From positions 1 to 36,508 of the forward strand of contig MHTO01000004.1 in the NCBI GenBank assembly GCA_001823105.1: a stretch of DNA of 36,508 nucleotides. Reading direction: 5' to 3'. A model generated the notes under the pieces. The model saw only the letters and a list, made by a program, of their open reading frames with translations, was not told the DNA's origin and made no database searches. This DNA comes from Candidatus Wildermuthbacteria bacterium GWA2_46_15 (GTDB lineage: Bacteria; Patescibacteriota; Minisyncoccia; Minisyncoccales; GWA2-46-15). Every line of letters starts with the position of its first letter. Within the stretch, counting starts at the first letter, position 1. Below are positions 1 through 8,869 of the stretch, piece by piece. The position numbers and the translations under genes were made by a program.

Positions 1-9
1 GAGAGTAAA

Positions 10-1008
10 CTAATTTGGTTGAAGTCTCTTGTTGTTGCATATTGTTGCAGGGCGTAACCTGAGTAGCGCAGTCGCCCATAAGAGCAGGGACTTTGGATTA
101 GATGCAGCATGACTTCTCTTGAGAGCATCACGAACAATACTTCCCATGGATTCCATGGTGTTATTTGTAGAAGGGAGGCCAAGATCAGGATGTGTTTCAA
201 ATGCTCGATAATAGTCAATGCAGTAGAGGAACTCAAGGACAACAAGGCGCATTCTCCTTGTCCCACAAGAGGTCTCAGTTAGATGCCTCAACCGATCCAG
301 GACATCTTTGAGGGCAAGACCATCGGGCAGGATTAATGCTTTTCTTATCAATAAATATATTTCTTCCCGAACTTTCCCACCCTTGAGCTTACGGTGCAAT
401 CCCCTGCGATGAAATTGGAGCTTGTATATCATATGAAACTGACACAGCTGGAGCACCCAATTGCGCCGCCTTGCTATTAGTTGCATACCTCGAAGATTAT
501 CGGAGACGAGGCCGCAAATGCGCTGGTATGCATGAGTAGGAATCGCTGCAAATACTTGTTCCCAGCGTTTAGCGCCTTCCATGCCGGAGATTAACAATGG
601 GTCAAGAAAAACTGCTTCCTTTCTGTGACATGATTTGAGCGCAGTAAGGTATAAAACCCAGACTTTTCCTGAAAACTTAAAACGCATCCCGTCTGCCAGC
701 AAAATGAGAGGCCCCTGCGGGATTTGATGAACGGGCTTTTGTTTAACAAAGCGTTGGAGTGTTTGCCGGAATCGATATCTAAAAGCCGGGAGCGACAATG
801 TTGGGCGACGTTCAAGCAATTGGCAAAGGGTAAACCGGCGCAATAGCACCTTGTGTAGCACCTCTACGTGAATTCTAGTCTGAGGCCGACCACGCTTTTT
901 GACGCGAATTCGCCAGGTCTGGTGACACTGAGTGCACTGGCGGCGACGTTGACCAAATCTTCTAACGGTGGCACCACAACATGGAGATTTCGCATGTAGA
1001 GTAATCAT
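10..1008 (-). mobile_element. IS256/Mutator-like DDE transposase
   Basis: N-terminal Zn-ribbon-like SPCC...QCTQC. Candidate catalytic triad ADG / VSDN / TNNTMES. LCQFH matches the CxxH motif typical of IS256/Mutator transposases. Element ends not resolved because the gene ends 9 nt from the window edge. Confidence 0.7.
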
Positions 1009-1090
1009 ACATGCGAATTATCCTATATAGAGAGGGGGTAGCTCGACGAAATATTAGTGGTTTGACAGGCAGCTTATCAACCGAATTTCT

Positions 1091-1318
1091 TTACCCAACC
1101 CCATTTTGCGACCTTAAAACATTTGTCCCCTCTTCCTTAGTCAATTGCAGCATGAAGTCCGGAGGGAATCTTTTTCGATTTCTTTTTACCTGTTCATTCA
1201 GGCGCTTAGCTTCAATGCCATAAAGCAGTGCCAAGTCACGATCCAGCATAACCTTGTGCCCACGGATTAACAATATCTTAGACTCCAGAACTTCATGCGG
1301 AATAATTTATTTAGACAT
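1091..1318 (-). pseudogene. ORF6N (KilA-N-like) DNA-binding protein pseudogene
   Basis: Sequence IRGHKVMLDRDLALLYGIEAKRLNEQVKRNRKRFPPDFMLQLTKEE is typical of ORF6N. RBS-like AAGGGGGGA precedes ATG at 1318, but codon 4 is TAA (1307-1309). The frame ends after LRSQN, before the usual PYAFTEQGVAML segment. Confidence 0.85.
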
Positions 1319-1341
1319 AATCCCCCCCTTGCCGCATAAAT

Positions 1342-1373
1342 AGCATAGCAGACCAACCCGACAAGGGCGTGTC
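1342..1373 (-). promoter_or_regulatory. Putative WYL-regulator site plus -10 box (copy 1), upstream of ORF6N
   Basis: Minus strand reads GACACGCCCTTGTC-gggttggtctgc-TATGCT, equivalent to TGTCGG-N10-TATGCT. Confidence 0.75.
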
Positions 1374-1591
1374 GAGGTGATTTAGGGATTTTGTGAATTA
1401 AAACGGCCGCCGACTTAGCCCCGGAAGATTCCTGTCGGGTCTTTGTCCACTTCCCGCAGGGAGGGCGGCAGTGCTTTGGCGGGTCTGGCCTCAGCGTAAA
1501 GAAACCAGCGGCCGTTCCCGGCCCGGCAGTAAAGCGTCCAAAGCCCGGCGGCCATTAAGATATCCGCGAGAGAATATAGAGAAGCCTTGGG

Positions 1592-1629
1592 CAATCGGAC
1601 ACACCCTTGTCCTACCCGGGGTGTAAGAT
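1592..1629 (+). promoter_or_regulatory. Putative WYL-regulator site plus -10 box (copy 2), upstream of the clpX-like gene
   Basis: CAATCG-GACACACCCTTGTC-ctacccggggtg-TAAGAT. Core is 13/14 identical to copy 1 with the same 12-nt spacer. Confidence 0.75.
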
Positions 1630-1652
1630 ATCTTTATAGAAACGGAGGCACC

Positions 1653-3236
1653 ATGAAAAACAAAAAGACATTCAGCAGCAACCAACAATATCTTTCGGCG
1701 TTCTTTACCTTGGTAGGGATGAAGAAGAGAGGCCCATGGGAAGAGCCCAGTGATCGCCCTGTCCCACCCAGACAAGGCCCCCTCAAACCTCTCGAACTGC
1801 CGGATAACCAGCTTCTTATAGAGGACTTTCAGTTAAAAGTTAAGCGCACGCTCAAGGCTGGCGTTGACCTGCCGCTTGAGCGGCTTGGCAAGAAGCACAA
1901 GCTTTCATTTCCGGAAAAGGCCGTACTGGCCTATTTCGCCGGCACTGAGCTTTACCGCGCTCATGTGGAACTTGGCGGCATGATAGCCACCTTTGAATGC
2001 AAAAGCGTCGCGCCCGCTTTTGAAACAGCACAATTAATATGCCCCGGCTCAACGCTTATAAAGAAAAAACTTGTAATGACCGGCCTGCGCGATTTTCCCG
2101 GCCGCTTCTGCCCCGACGAAGCTTCGCTCGCCGGGAAGATCTTCACCCTTATAACCGGCCTTGAACTTAAGAAGGAACCTAAACCCAAGCGCCAGGCGCC
2201 GGTACAAAGCGCCAGCGCCCCTGCGGTAATTTATGAAAAGCTGGGCGAATATGTGGTTGGGCAGGAGGACGCCAAAAGAGCCATCTCTGCGGGAGTTTAC
2301 CTTCACCTGAAACGCACCAAGCTAAACGCGCACCGGCCCAAGGGACAGAAGCTAGCGAAAAGCAATATCCTTATCATAGGCCCTACCGGGAGCGGCAAGA
2401 CCCATATCTGCCGCACCCTCGCGGACGCGCTTAACCTGCCTTTCCACATAGCCGACGCCACCCAGTACACCGAAACCGGCTTCGTAGGCCGCACAGTAGA
2501 GGAGATGCTGCTGGACCTGCACAAAGGGAAAGACCTTGCCCCGTCCGCGCACGGCATAATCTACATTGACGAGATAGATAAGATAGCGGCCCAAAATATC
2601 GGCAAAGGGCACTCCGGCAACCGCGACGTAAGCGGCAAAAGCGTGCAGGAGGAACTGCTGAAGATCCTGGAGGGCGGAGAAATTACCTGCGAAAGGCAGC
2701 GCGGTCACGAGATGCAGAAAACCATAGACGCCAGCAACGTCTTTTTTATGGCTGGCGGCGCCTTCCAGGGACTGGAGGAAATAATAGCCCAGCGCCTAAA
2801 GAAAAAAGCAATCGGCTTCCGCGGCACCTCCGGAGAAACCCCCATCGAAACCGGCGCTCTGCTGAAGCAGGTGCTGCCGGAAGATCTCATAGCCTACGGC
2901 TTCATGCCGGAATTTATCGGGCGCTTCCCGGTAATAGCGGTGCTTGACCGCCTTACGAAGGTAGACCTTGTAAACATAATAACCGGCACCAAAAACTCCA
3001 TCCTCAACCAATACCGCGCGGTGATAGAGGAAACCGGCATGCCGGTGGAGATTCCGGAGGATATGCCCGAGCGGGTGGCCGAGGCCGCCCTAAAGCGCGA
3101 CCTGGGCGCCCGGGCCATAAAGGGAATAATGGAGAAATGGCTAATGGAGGAAATCTTCCGGCGAACCGGGGCCAGCCCGGCGCATCTCCCCCCCGCGGAA
3201 GAGGCCAGGAAAAAACTTTCTTCCGCCGGGGGCTGA
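1653..3236 (+). CDS. clpX: ClpX-like AAA+ unfoldase with atypical N-terminal domain
   Basis: ClpX core motifs: YVVGQEDAKR, KSNILIIGPTGSGKT, ADATQYTETGFVG, GIIYIDEIDKI, RDVSGKSVQEELLKILEG, IGF loop (KKAIGF), PEFIGRFP, LGARAIK. No C4 zinc-binding domain. Start set at ATG 1653 (RBS GGAGG, downstream of the promoter) rather than TTG 1587. Probably a paralogue rather than the housekeeping gene. Confidence 0.85.
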   Translation: MKNKKTFSSNQQYLSAFFTLVGMKKRGPWEEPSDRPVPPRQGPLKPLELPDNQLLIEDFQLKVKRTLKAGVDLPLERLGKKHKLSFPEKAVLAYFAGTELYRAHVELGGMIATFECKSVAPAFETAQLICPGSTLIKKKLVMTGLRDFPGRFCPDEASLAGKIFTLITGLELKKEPKPKRQAPVQSASAPAVIYEKLGEYVVGQEDAKRAISAGVYLHLKRTKLNAHRPKGQKLAKSNILIIGPTGSGKTHICRTLADALNLPFHIADATQYTETGFVGRTVEEMLLDLHKGKDLAPSAHGIIYIDEIDKIAAQNIGKGHSGNRDVSGKSVQEELLKILEGGEITCERQRGHEMQKTIDASNVFFMAGGAFQGLEEIIAQRLKKKAIGFRGTSGETPIETGALLKQVLPEDLIAYGFMPEFIGRFPVIAVLDRLTKVDLVNIITGTKNSILNQYRAVIEETGMPVEIPEDMPERVAEAALKRDLGARAIKGIMEKWLMEEIFRRTGASPAHLPPAEEARKKLSSAGG

Positions 3237-3357
3237 GGTGTCGGACACTACAGTTCACATGCAAACCACTACAGGGGTCCCCGTACACGCGCGTATGGTA
3301 GCCTTAATTATAGATAACCGCGTTCGCTTACGCAAAGACCTTATGTCGGACAGGCTC

Positions 3358-3941
3358 CTAGAGTGAATAAGTCCGTCCAAAAGTGTATTCATCCGGGACA
3401 CTTATGTTATTAATATCCCTGTTATACTCTACTGGAACTATGTAAGGACCTTCTTCACTTGGATTCTGTACATCAACTAACAGGTTTTTCTCTTCAGAAA
3501 CCACAATATTGAACGCGTGATTATCAAATGAAGGGGGGCCTCCGTCAACATCTCCAACGACATAGAACGACTTCCTTTTAGACAATGGATGATTCTTTAT
3601 TCTTTTAAAATAATCCATTGCAATCTGAAACAATGCTGATTTCTCCACGCAATCCCCCTGGCCAGATTTTAAGGCCTCTGAAAAATAAATATAACTATTG
3701 GGATCCTGATAACAGTTCTCTCCAAATATCTGTCGCACCGATTTATAAATATCCTCCAAGGTCTCTGACTTCTTTAATGAAGTAAACTCTTGCGAATTCA
3801 AAACATTCTCTAAATCCACAATATACCCACCAACATGGTTTTTTTTAGTCTGATTCCTTCTTTTAATTCATTGAACGTCTGCGCATCATCTGCTTCCATG
3901 AGCTCTTCAAGAATGATTTCAAGTTCGTTTGGTTCGTACAT
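3358..3941 (-). pseudogene. Transglutaminase-like (Cys-His-Asp) protein, apparently frameshifted in an A8 tract
   Basis: GDCVEKSALF / NHAFN / LVDVQNP triad in ORF 3358-3819. An upstream frame from ATG 3941 (MYEPNELEIILEELMEADDAQTFNELKEGIRLKK) joins it if one A is added to the run at 3839-3846. Confidence 0.6.
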
Positions 3942-4045
3942 TTTTGATATCCATTAAGGAGATTAACCTTTAGACTTCGCACCTACCGAGCCAGAGTTAC
4001 AGAGCAATATATACAGAAAAGCTTAATAGACCGTTCAACATCAAA

Positions 4046-5932
4046 CTAAACAACATCTTCATCTGCCTCATCAACCACTTCCAGTGATGCAGCTCCTTGG
4101 TCGCCCACTGTTTTCCAACGATTATTGATCCAGCGTACAAAGTCAGCTCTTCGCGCATCAAATTCCTTACGTGTCCAGTCTGCGAATTTGGAGATTTCAC
4201 GCTCCTGCCTTATGTCAGAGTTACTATAACTAGGGCTCTGTCCAGGCTTCCCTTTTTTACGAGAAAACTCAAAATTACTGTAGCTGGAGTTGTCATGTGT
4301 AAGGACAAGGTTCCCTATGTCATGTATGCAAGTAGTAAAATCGCTTGTAGTCCATACTTCTTTCCAAAGGGAATCCTCTTTCGGAGTCTGCGGGAGAATG
4401 TGCTCAAAAGTTGAGTCGCTCAAATCTTCCCATTTTAGGTGAGGTTGTATGTCTTTACCTTTTGTCGATAAGAGATAGAGTTCATATTCAAACAGGGTAT
4501 ACCTCAGCCGGTGGCGAGTTGCATACCAGTTATCCGGCTTTGCATTTCCACTGATGAACGACTCCTCTGTCGCGTAGGTGCGCGTCAGTTTATGTACATC
4601 ACCAGTCACGTCTTTTAACGTTCTGGCTTGAGTGAAGACTTCGTTACTCCACGGATAAAACTTTGACTTACCGACATCCCCCCTCCGCCCTTTGTAGAGA
4701 AAAACTCGATATGCAAAGCACTCCAGTGCCTTTAAGTGCGCAATGTAATCATTTTCAGAGATATTTCTATTCTCCCGATGTTTCCTGGCAGCCACCATTA
4801 ATGGCAGAAAATTGGCAATATTATTGGTGTGGCGGATTTTAGTAAGCCATAGCAACTCGTCCGCTGAAATTTTATTTTTTTCAGTTGGGTTAATGATGTT
4901 GGCATAATGTCTGGAGATATCTGCTAATCCATCGGCAAAATCAGTTATAAACTTCCGAGTTTCTGCCTGGGTTCGCTTCTCTGTAAAATTTCGCAAGGGA
5001 ATATATGCGTCACCCTTAAACCCGTCATACCCGATCCAGCTCTTCGGAGCGGAGTTGCAATACAGCGTCCACGCAATTCTCAAACACTGACCATCGTCTC
5101 CTGCACATTCACCAAGATTCGTGTAGACATCCTTCCAATTCTTATTTATGAGAGCAGTCATTGTACTTCGCTCCGAAAGGTTGGTCTCGTTACGGGAAAC
5201 CCAGTGCATAAGATAATTCTTAAGCAGTTCCAGCACAGACAGGCCCTTACCCCGCGAATTCATCAGTTCGAATGTCATGCCAATTTCACACTCATCATCA
5301 ATCTCATAAAACGTAAAATGGAGTTTTCGGGTAATAGCATCTAAAAGATCTTTGAGATAGGCAACTCCTTTGTTTTCAAGCTTTTGCATTGTTTCACGCT
5401 TTTGTAGTGTTTCAAGCTTTTCTAATTTATCGCTGATGTGTTGTTGGAACCTGTTGTACGCGGCGATTAGGCGCTTTTCATGTGGAGACCGCGCTGACGT
5501 GTTTGTCCTGCCGGTTTTCAGCAGATCATAAAAAATATTGCCGGTATCATTGTTCAGTGTAAGTTTGCAGATTGCTCCCGTGTAAAGGAAATCAGAAATA
5601 TCATGTTCATAGGCGGTTTCCCCTTTCCTTTGAAGAGCCCGGATGATTACTGATAGATAGAGGCATGAGGTTGTCAGTCGCTGCTGGCCATCCACCACAT
5701 CCACCACTTTCATTTGCCTTGTCCCATAGTCTGCAACCTTGGCATTACGTCCGGCGTAGACAACTACGGTGCCGGTGTAGTGGCTTGTTACCGTTACCTT
5801 ATCCTCCACTAGGGCATCAATGTCCTGAATAAAGTCTTTCCATTGCTTTTCTTCCCACGCATAACCACGTTGGTAGTCAGGAATCTGATAAAGATATTCG
5901 CTAAAAAGACTGGTTAGTGTTTTATTGTTCAT
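4046..5932 (-). CDS. gmrSD: GmrSD-family modification-dependent restriction endonuclease (DUF262 + DUF1524/HNH)
   Basis: DUF262 motifs IPDYQRGYAW, VVDGQQRLTT, FELMNSRGKGLS. C-terminal TFEHILPQ...IGNLVL...NSSYSN. Confidence 0.9.
   Translation of the reverse strand: MNNKTLTSLFSEYLYQIPDYQRGYAWEEKQWKDFIQDIDALVEDKVTVTSHYTGTVVVYAGRNAKVADYGTRQMKVVDVVDGQQRLTTSCLYLSVIIRALQRKGETAYEHDISDFLYTGAICKLTLNNDTGNIFYDLLKTGRTNTSARSPHEKRLIAAYNRFQQHISDKLEKLETLQKRETMQKLENKGVAYLKDLLDAITRKLHFTFYEIDDECEIGMTFELMNSRGKGLSVLELLKNYLMHWVSRNETNLSERSTMTALINKNWKDVYTNLGECAGDDGQCLRIAWTLYCNSAPKSWIGYDGFKGDAYIPLRNFTEKRTQAETRKFITDFADGLADISRHYANIINPTEKNKISADELLWLTKIRHTNNIANFLPLMVAARKHRENRNISENDYIAHLKALECFAYRVFLYKGRRGDVGKSKFYPWSNEVFTQARTLKDVTGDVHKLTRTYATEESFISGNAKPDNWYATRHRLRYTLFEYELYLLSTKGKDIQPHLKWEDLSDSTFEHILPQTPKEDSLWKEVWTTSDFTTCIHDIGNLVLTHDNSSYSNFEFSRKKGKPGQSPSYSNSDIRQEREISKFADWTRKEFDARRADFVRWINNRWKTVGDQGAASLEVVDEADEDVV
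5374..5427. repeat. Three imperfect 18-nt tandem repeats inside gmrSD
   Basis: tttcaagcttttgcattg / tttcacgcttttgtagtg / tttcaagcttttctaatt, encoding approximately LEKLET-LQKRET-MQKLEN. Confidence 0.75.
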
Positions 5933-6345
5933 ATAACATTATTTCTTTCGTTAACAATTTTCATATTAACTCCTGCTTTAGTGCATTAGCCTTTATGTGG
6001 CTTTCATTATTGTCCAATATTGTAAAGACCTCGATACCAGGTTGCCTATTTTTCAAGCTGGGCAGTGCCTTGCGCCTCGGCTGCCTCAGACAGGTCAACT
6101 AAGGTGAAGACTGTAAAACTGAAACCGAGATTGACTCTCTTTGCGACTAAAATGGCCCACCCTACCAAATGAACCACTAGCAAGGCAAAAATGGCTTGCA
6201 ACTTTACAGCCCTGAGCCTGGCCTTAAATATTACTTATCTTCGTCAATATCCGGTTGATCTACTGGTTCATCCCCCTAGGGCATCTTCTTTTCCAAGTCC
6301 TTCCATGAGTTAATCACAATAGAATGAATCGGTTGCCCTATAGTT

Positions 6346-7344
6346 CTAAAGCCTTTTGACTGTAGCAATTAGATTTTTAAATCTTTTTATACTGTTTTCG
6401 AGTACAACAACACACGCCTCTGCTCCGCTTTTCTTATACCGCTCAGATGTTTGCTCCAGTTGCTGCAGAATGCTAAGCAAATTGGCTGCCAGGGTAATCC
6501 GATCCCCTGGATTCATTGTTAGAGTATAGTTCTGTATTTCTCTAACAACTACATTAATATTGCCGCATGCCGTACCAAACTCGGTTTCGGTGCCGTTGAA
6601 ATGGCTTAAGGCTATAATATCGCCATCCAACTGTTTGAGTTTGGATATAGCGCTGTCATTTGCGAACTTCTCTGTTCGTAAGGCGTCCTGTTGTTTCGCT
6701 TCACAAATACGCCTTTCTCTTTCTCGACTCTCTTGCCATTGTTTGGATATTTTTGCGATGACTTTCTTCAGATAGGCAAGCAACTCAGGGGTAAATATTA
6801 CTGCGACTATAACAGCTATTGGCGTGTAATAAACTAAATGCGGATTGCTGCGTGAAAACTCGTTTATGGCTAACTGCAGTAAGTATTTCAAATTATCCAG
6901 TCCTACAAACCACAATATCCCCCAAGTCCCAATTAGAAAACTAATCCCGTACCTAATTCGCGCGGAAAGACTTTTTGATGAATATTTAAGGACATTTAAG
7001 CCATAAATCATCGCAAATACTGCGAGGACAGTTCCGAATAAATTAAATCCGGAGACTGACGCAAAAATAGGATGCAAAAAAGTTTGTGCTTTTAATCCCA
7101 ATTCTCTTAGCCCAGGGAGGCCCCAAAATATCACCAGGCAAGAAACAAGTATAAAAATTCCGAATAAAATCTTCCCGCGGCGATTGACGGGCTCGTCAAA
7201 AAATGCGCTGAGGCATATTACAAATATAACGGATCCCACCTTAATTGTGTCGACCACGCCGTTGACAATAAACAATAATGGCCTAGCAATAATCCCAAAC
7301 AAATATGAAACAGCGCCAAGAAATGTCTGCATTTTACTATTCAA
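6346..7344 (-). CDS. Hypothetical multi-pass membrane protein with C-terminal soluble helical domain
   Basis: 332-aa ORF with about 5-6 hydrophobic segments in the first 190 aa, then a charged coiled-coil. Start overlaps the upstream stop by 8 nt. Confidence 0.75.
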   Translation of the reverse strand: MNSKMQTFLGAVSYLFGIIARPLLFIVNGVVDTIKVGSVIFVICLSAFFDEPVNRRGKILFGIFILVSCLVIFWGLPGLRELGLKAQTFLHPIFASVSGFNLFGTVLAVFAMIYGLNVLKYSSKSLSARIRYGISFLIGTWGILWFVGLDNLKYLLQLAINEFSRSNPHLVYYTPIAVIVAVIFTPELLAYLKKVIAKISKQWQESRERERRICEAKQQDALRTEKFANDSAISKLKQLDGDIIALSHFNGTETEFGTACGNINVVVREIQNYTLTMNPGDRITLAANLLSILQQLEQTSERYKKSGAEACVVVLENSIKRFKNLIATVKRL

Positions 7345-7864
7345 GAAGATTCGTGGATTTCACCATCTCAAGCAGGCCTTGCAGTGCCTTTCGAGGATTA
7401 TCCTCCAAGCTCTTAATTATATTGTCGCTATCAGTCTTGGCTTTATCGCAGCGCATGTTTAGATCATTAATGTGAATCTCTAAATCCGCAATCCGCTGAC
7501 GATAAAACATGGTTTTACCGCTATCTGTTTTTTCACAGAATAGCTGCTCCTGGTACTTATTTTTCTCTTGATCCAAATTTGTAATTTGGGATTTATATAT
7601 TTCAAGCAACTCCTTTCTTCCCTCTATAAAAGAGTCTAACTGCCTATTAGTGAGTTTTTCAACAAGATCAAGGTAGCGCATACAAAAATCATAGCCCAAC
7701 TTTGTTTTGTAAGTTTTGTATTCCATTTCAAGTCGTTTTAGCGCCTTTTCTTTTTCAACCTCAAATAATTTTAGCGCTTTTTCTTTTTCAGCTGAGGCAT
7801 CTGCTTCTAAAACCTTTTGCGCGGCTATGATCACCGCGATAATTACTTTGTCTGAATATTTCAT
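7337..7864 (-). CDS. Hypothetical coiled-coil protein
   Basis: 175-aa K/E/L-rich ORF with AGGAAGG upstream and an internal 33-nt duplication (EKEKALK twice). Confidence 0.75.
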   Translation of the reverse strand: MKYSDKVIIAVIIAAQKVLEADASAEKEKALKLFEVEKEKALKRLEMEYKTYKTKLGYDFCMRYLDLVEKLTNRQLDSFIEGRKELLEIYKSQITNLDQEKNKYQEQLFCEKTDSGKTMFYRQRIADLEIHINDLNMRCDKAKTDSDNIIKSLEDNPRKALQGLLEMVKSTNLLE

Positions 7865-8071
7865 AGTGTGCCTTCCTAGCTATACGAATAGTTTCTATCC
7901 TATCTCATAATACAAAAAAAGACCTTTTGGATTGAGTGATAACGGTCACCTATCTTTGGGAATTAAACATATCTTTCATTTCTTTCTCCCAGGCTTTGAA
8001 AGGGTCTGTTTTTCAAAATATTTTCGCCCTTCCTCAATCGTTCAACCTTATCTATTGTCTCTCACTGCCGC

Positions 8072-8830
8072 TTATCGGGAAGTTGGGAGCGCTTCGCGCA
8101 TTAGTGTTGAAAGGTGTATGAAAGTTTCCGGCAGCGGGGGGTTGGGGCGGACGGAAATGTCGGCTGTGAAGGCGGCGAGGGCTGGGGTTGTGAACTTGAA
8201 AGCTTGGAGCCGGCCGTCACAGAACACGGACAGGGCGTCCTTGTCGCCCAGGACGGCCAGGGCGGCGGCCTCGGCGGCCAGCGTGATCTCCTGTACTGCC
8301 TGTCCTACGTCCTCACTTTTAATGAAATAGGCGGCATGAATTATCGCTTCTAGCGCGTGTCGGGCCATGACCTCGCCCAGCTGCGGGAGGTAGGTTATAG
8401 CAGTATAGATGAATATGCGGTCGTAATCGGGGCTGTTGCATATCTCCAGGCCGTTAATTACGCAAGCAAGCCCCTGATCGAGGCCGACCCTATCCAGAAT
8501 GTAGCCGTTTACTTCGACCACGACCTGCACCAGGTTTAGACCGCCCTTTTGCTTGCCCAGGCTCTCCAGTATTTTGCGCCGAAATTTTTTATCAAGACCC
8601 ATCGGCCCCTGCGGTTCCTTATCCCAACCGTAGACCAGGCCCTGTTGCAACTGCCACAAACTGCGCTTACCCCCCTCGCCAGGGTCTGGATCCGGCTTCG
8701 GCAATATGAAAAACGGCAATACAGCCCATGGGCCACTGTAACCCATCGCTTTAGCGAACTCTCCCTCCACAGGGATCCATTCTATAAAGAACTTGTTGCG
8801 CGGCGGCTCAATACTTTTAGTGTTTTCCAT
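8072..8830 (-). CDS. Hypothetical protein (third gene of the DnaB-like operon)
   Basis: 252-aa ORF with AGGAGG RBS, 39 nt downstream of the previous gene. No recognisable motif. Confidence 0.75.
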   Translation of the reverse strand: MENTKSIEPPRNKFFIEWIPVEGEFAKAMGYSGPWAVLPFFILPKPDPDPGEGGKRSLWQLQQGLVYGWDKEPQGPMGLDKKFRRKILESLGKQKGGLNLVQVVVEVNGYILDRVGLDQGLACVINGLEICNSPDYDRIFIYTAITYLPQLGEVMARHALEAIIHAAYFIKSEDVGQAVQEITLAAEAAALAVLGDKDALSVFCDGRLQAFKFTTPALAAFTADISVRPNPPLPETFIHLSTLMREALPTSR

Positions 8831-8869
8831 GCTGTTTAGCCTCCTACAATGTTCCCGGGCATATTCGGG

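Noticed and set aside
1587..1652. ORF-track TTG start for the clpX-like gene
   Set aside because: It overlaps the promoter motif. ATG 1653 has a GGAGG RBS.
1433..3352. TGTCGG hexamers at 1433, 3239 and 3344 as extra regulon sites
   Set aside because: None has the upstream GACAC half-site at the right spacing or a TANNNT box 10 nt downstream.
6232..6344. Protein-like minus-strand fragment (...NSWKDLEKKMP*GDEPVDQPDIDEDK*)
   Set aside because: Short, contains a stop, has no start and no recognisable family. At most a gene remnant.
7932..8330. Plus-strand ORFs 7932-8330 and 7936-8121, and other short antisense ORFs throughout the track
   Set aside because: They are shadows of longer motif-bearing genes on the opposite strand or frame, with no RBS or domain evidence.
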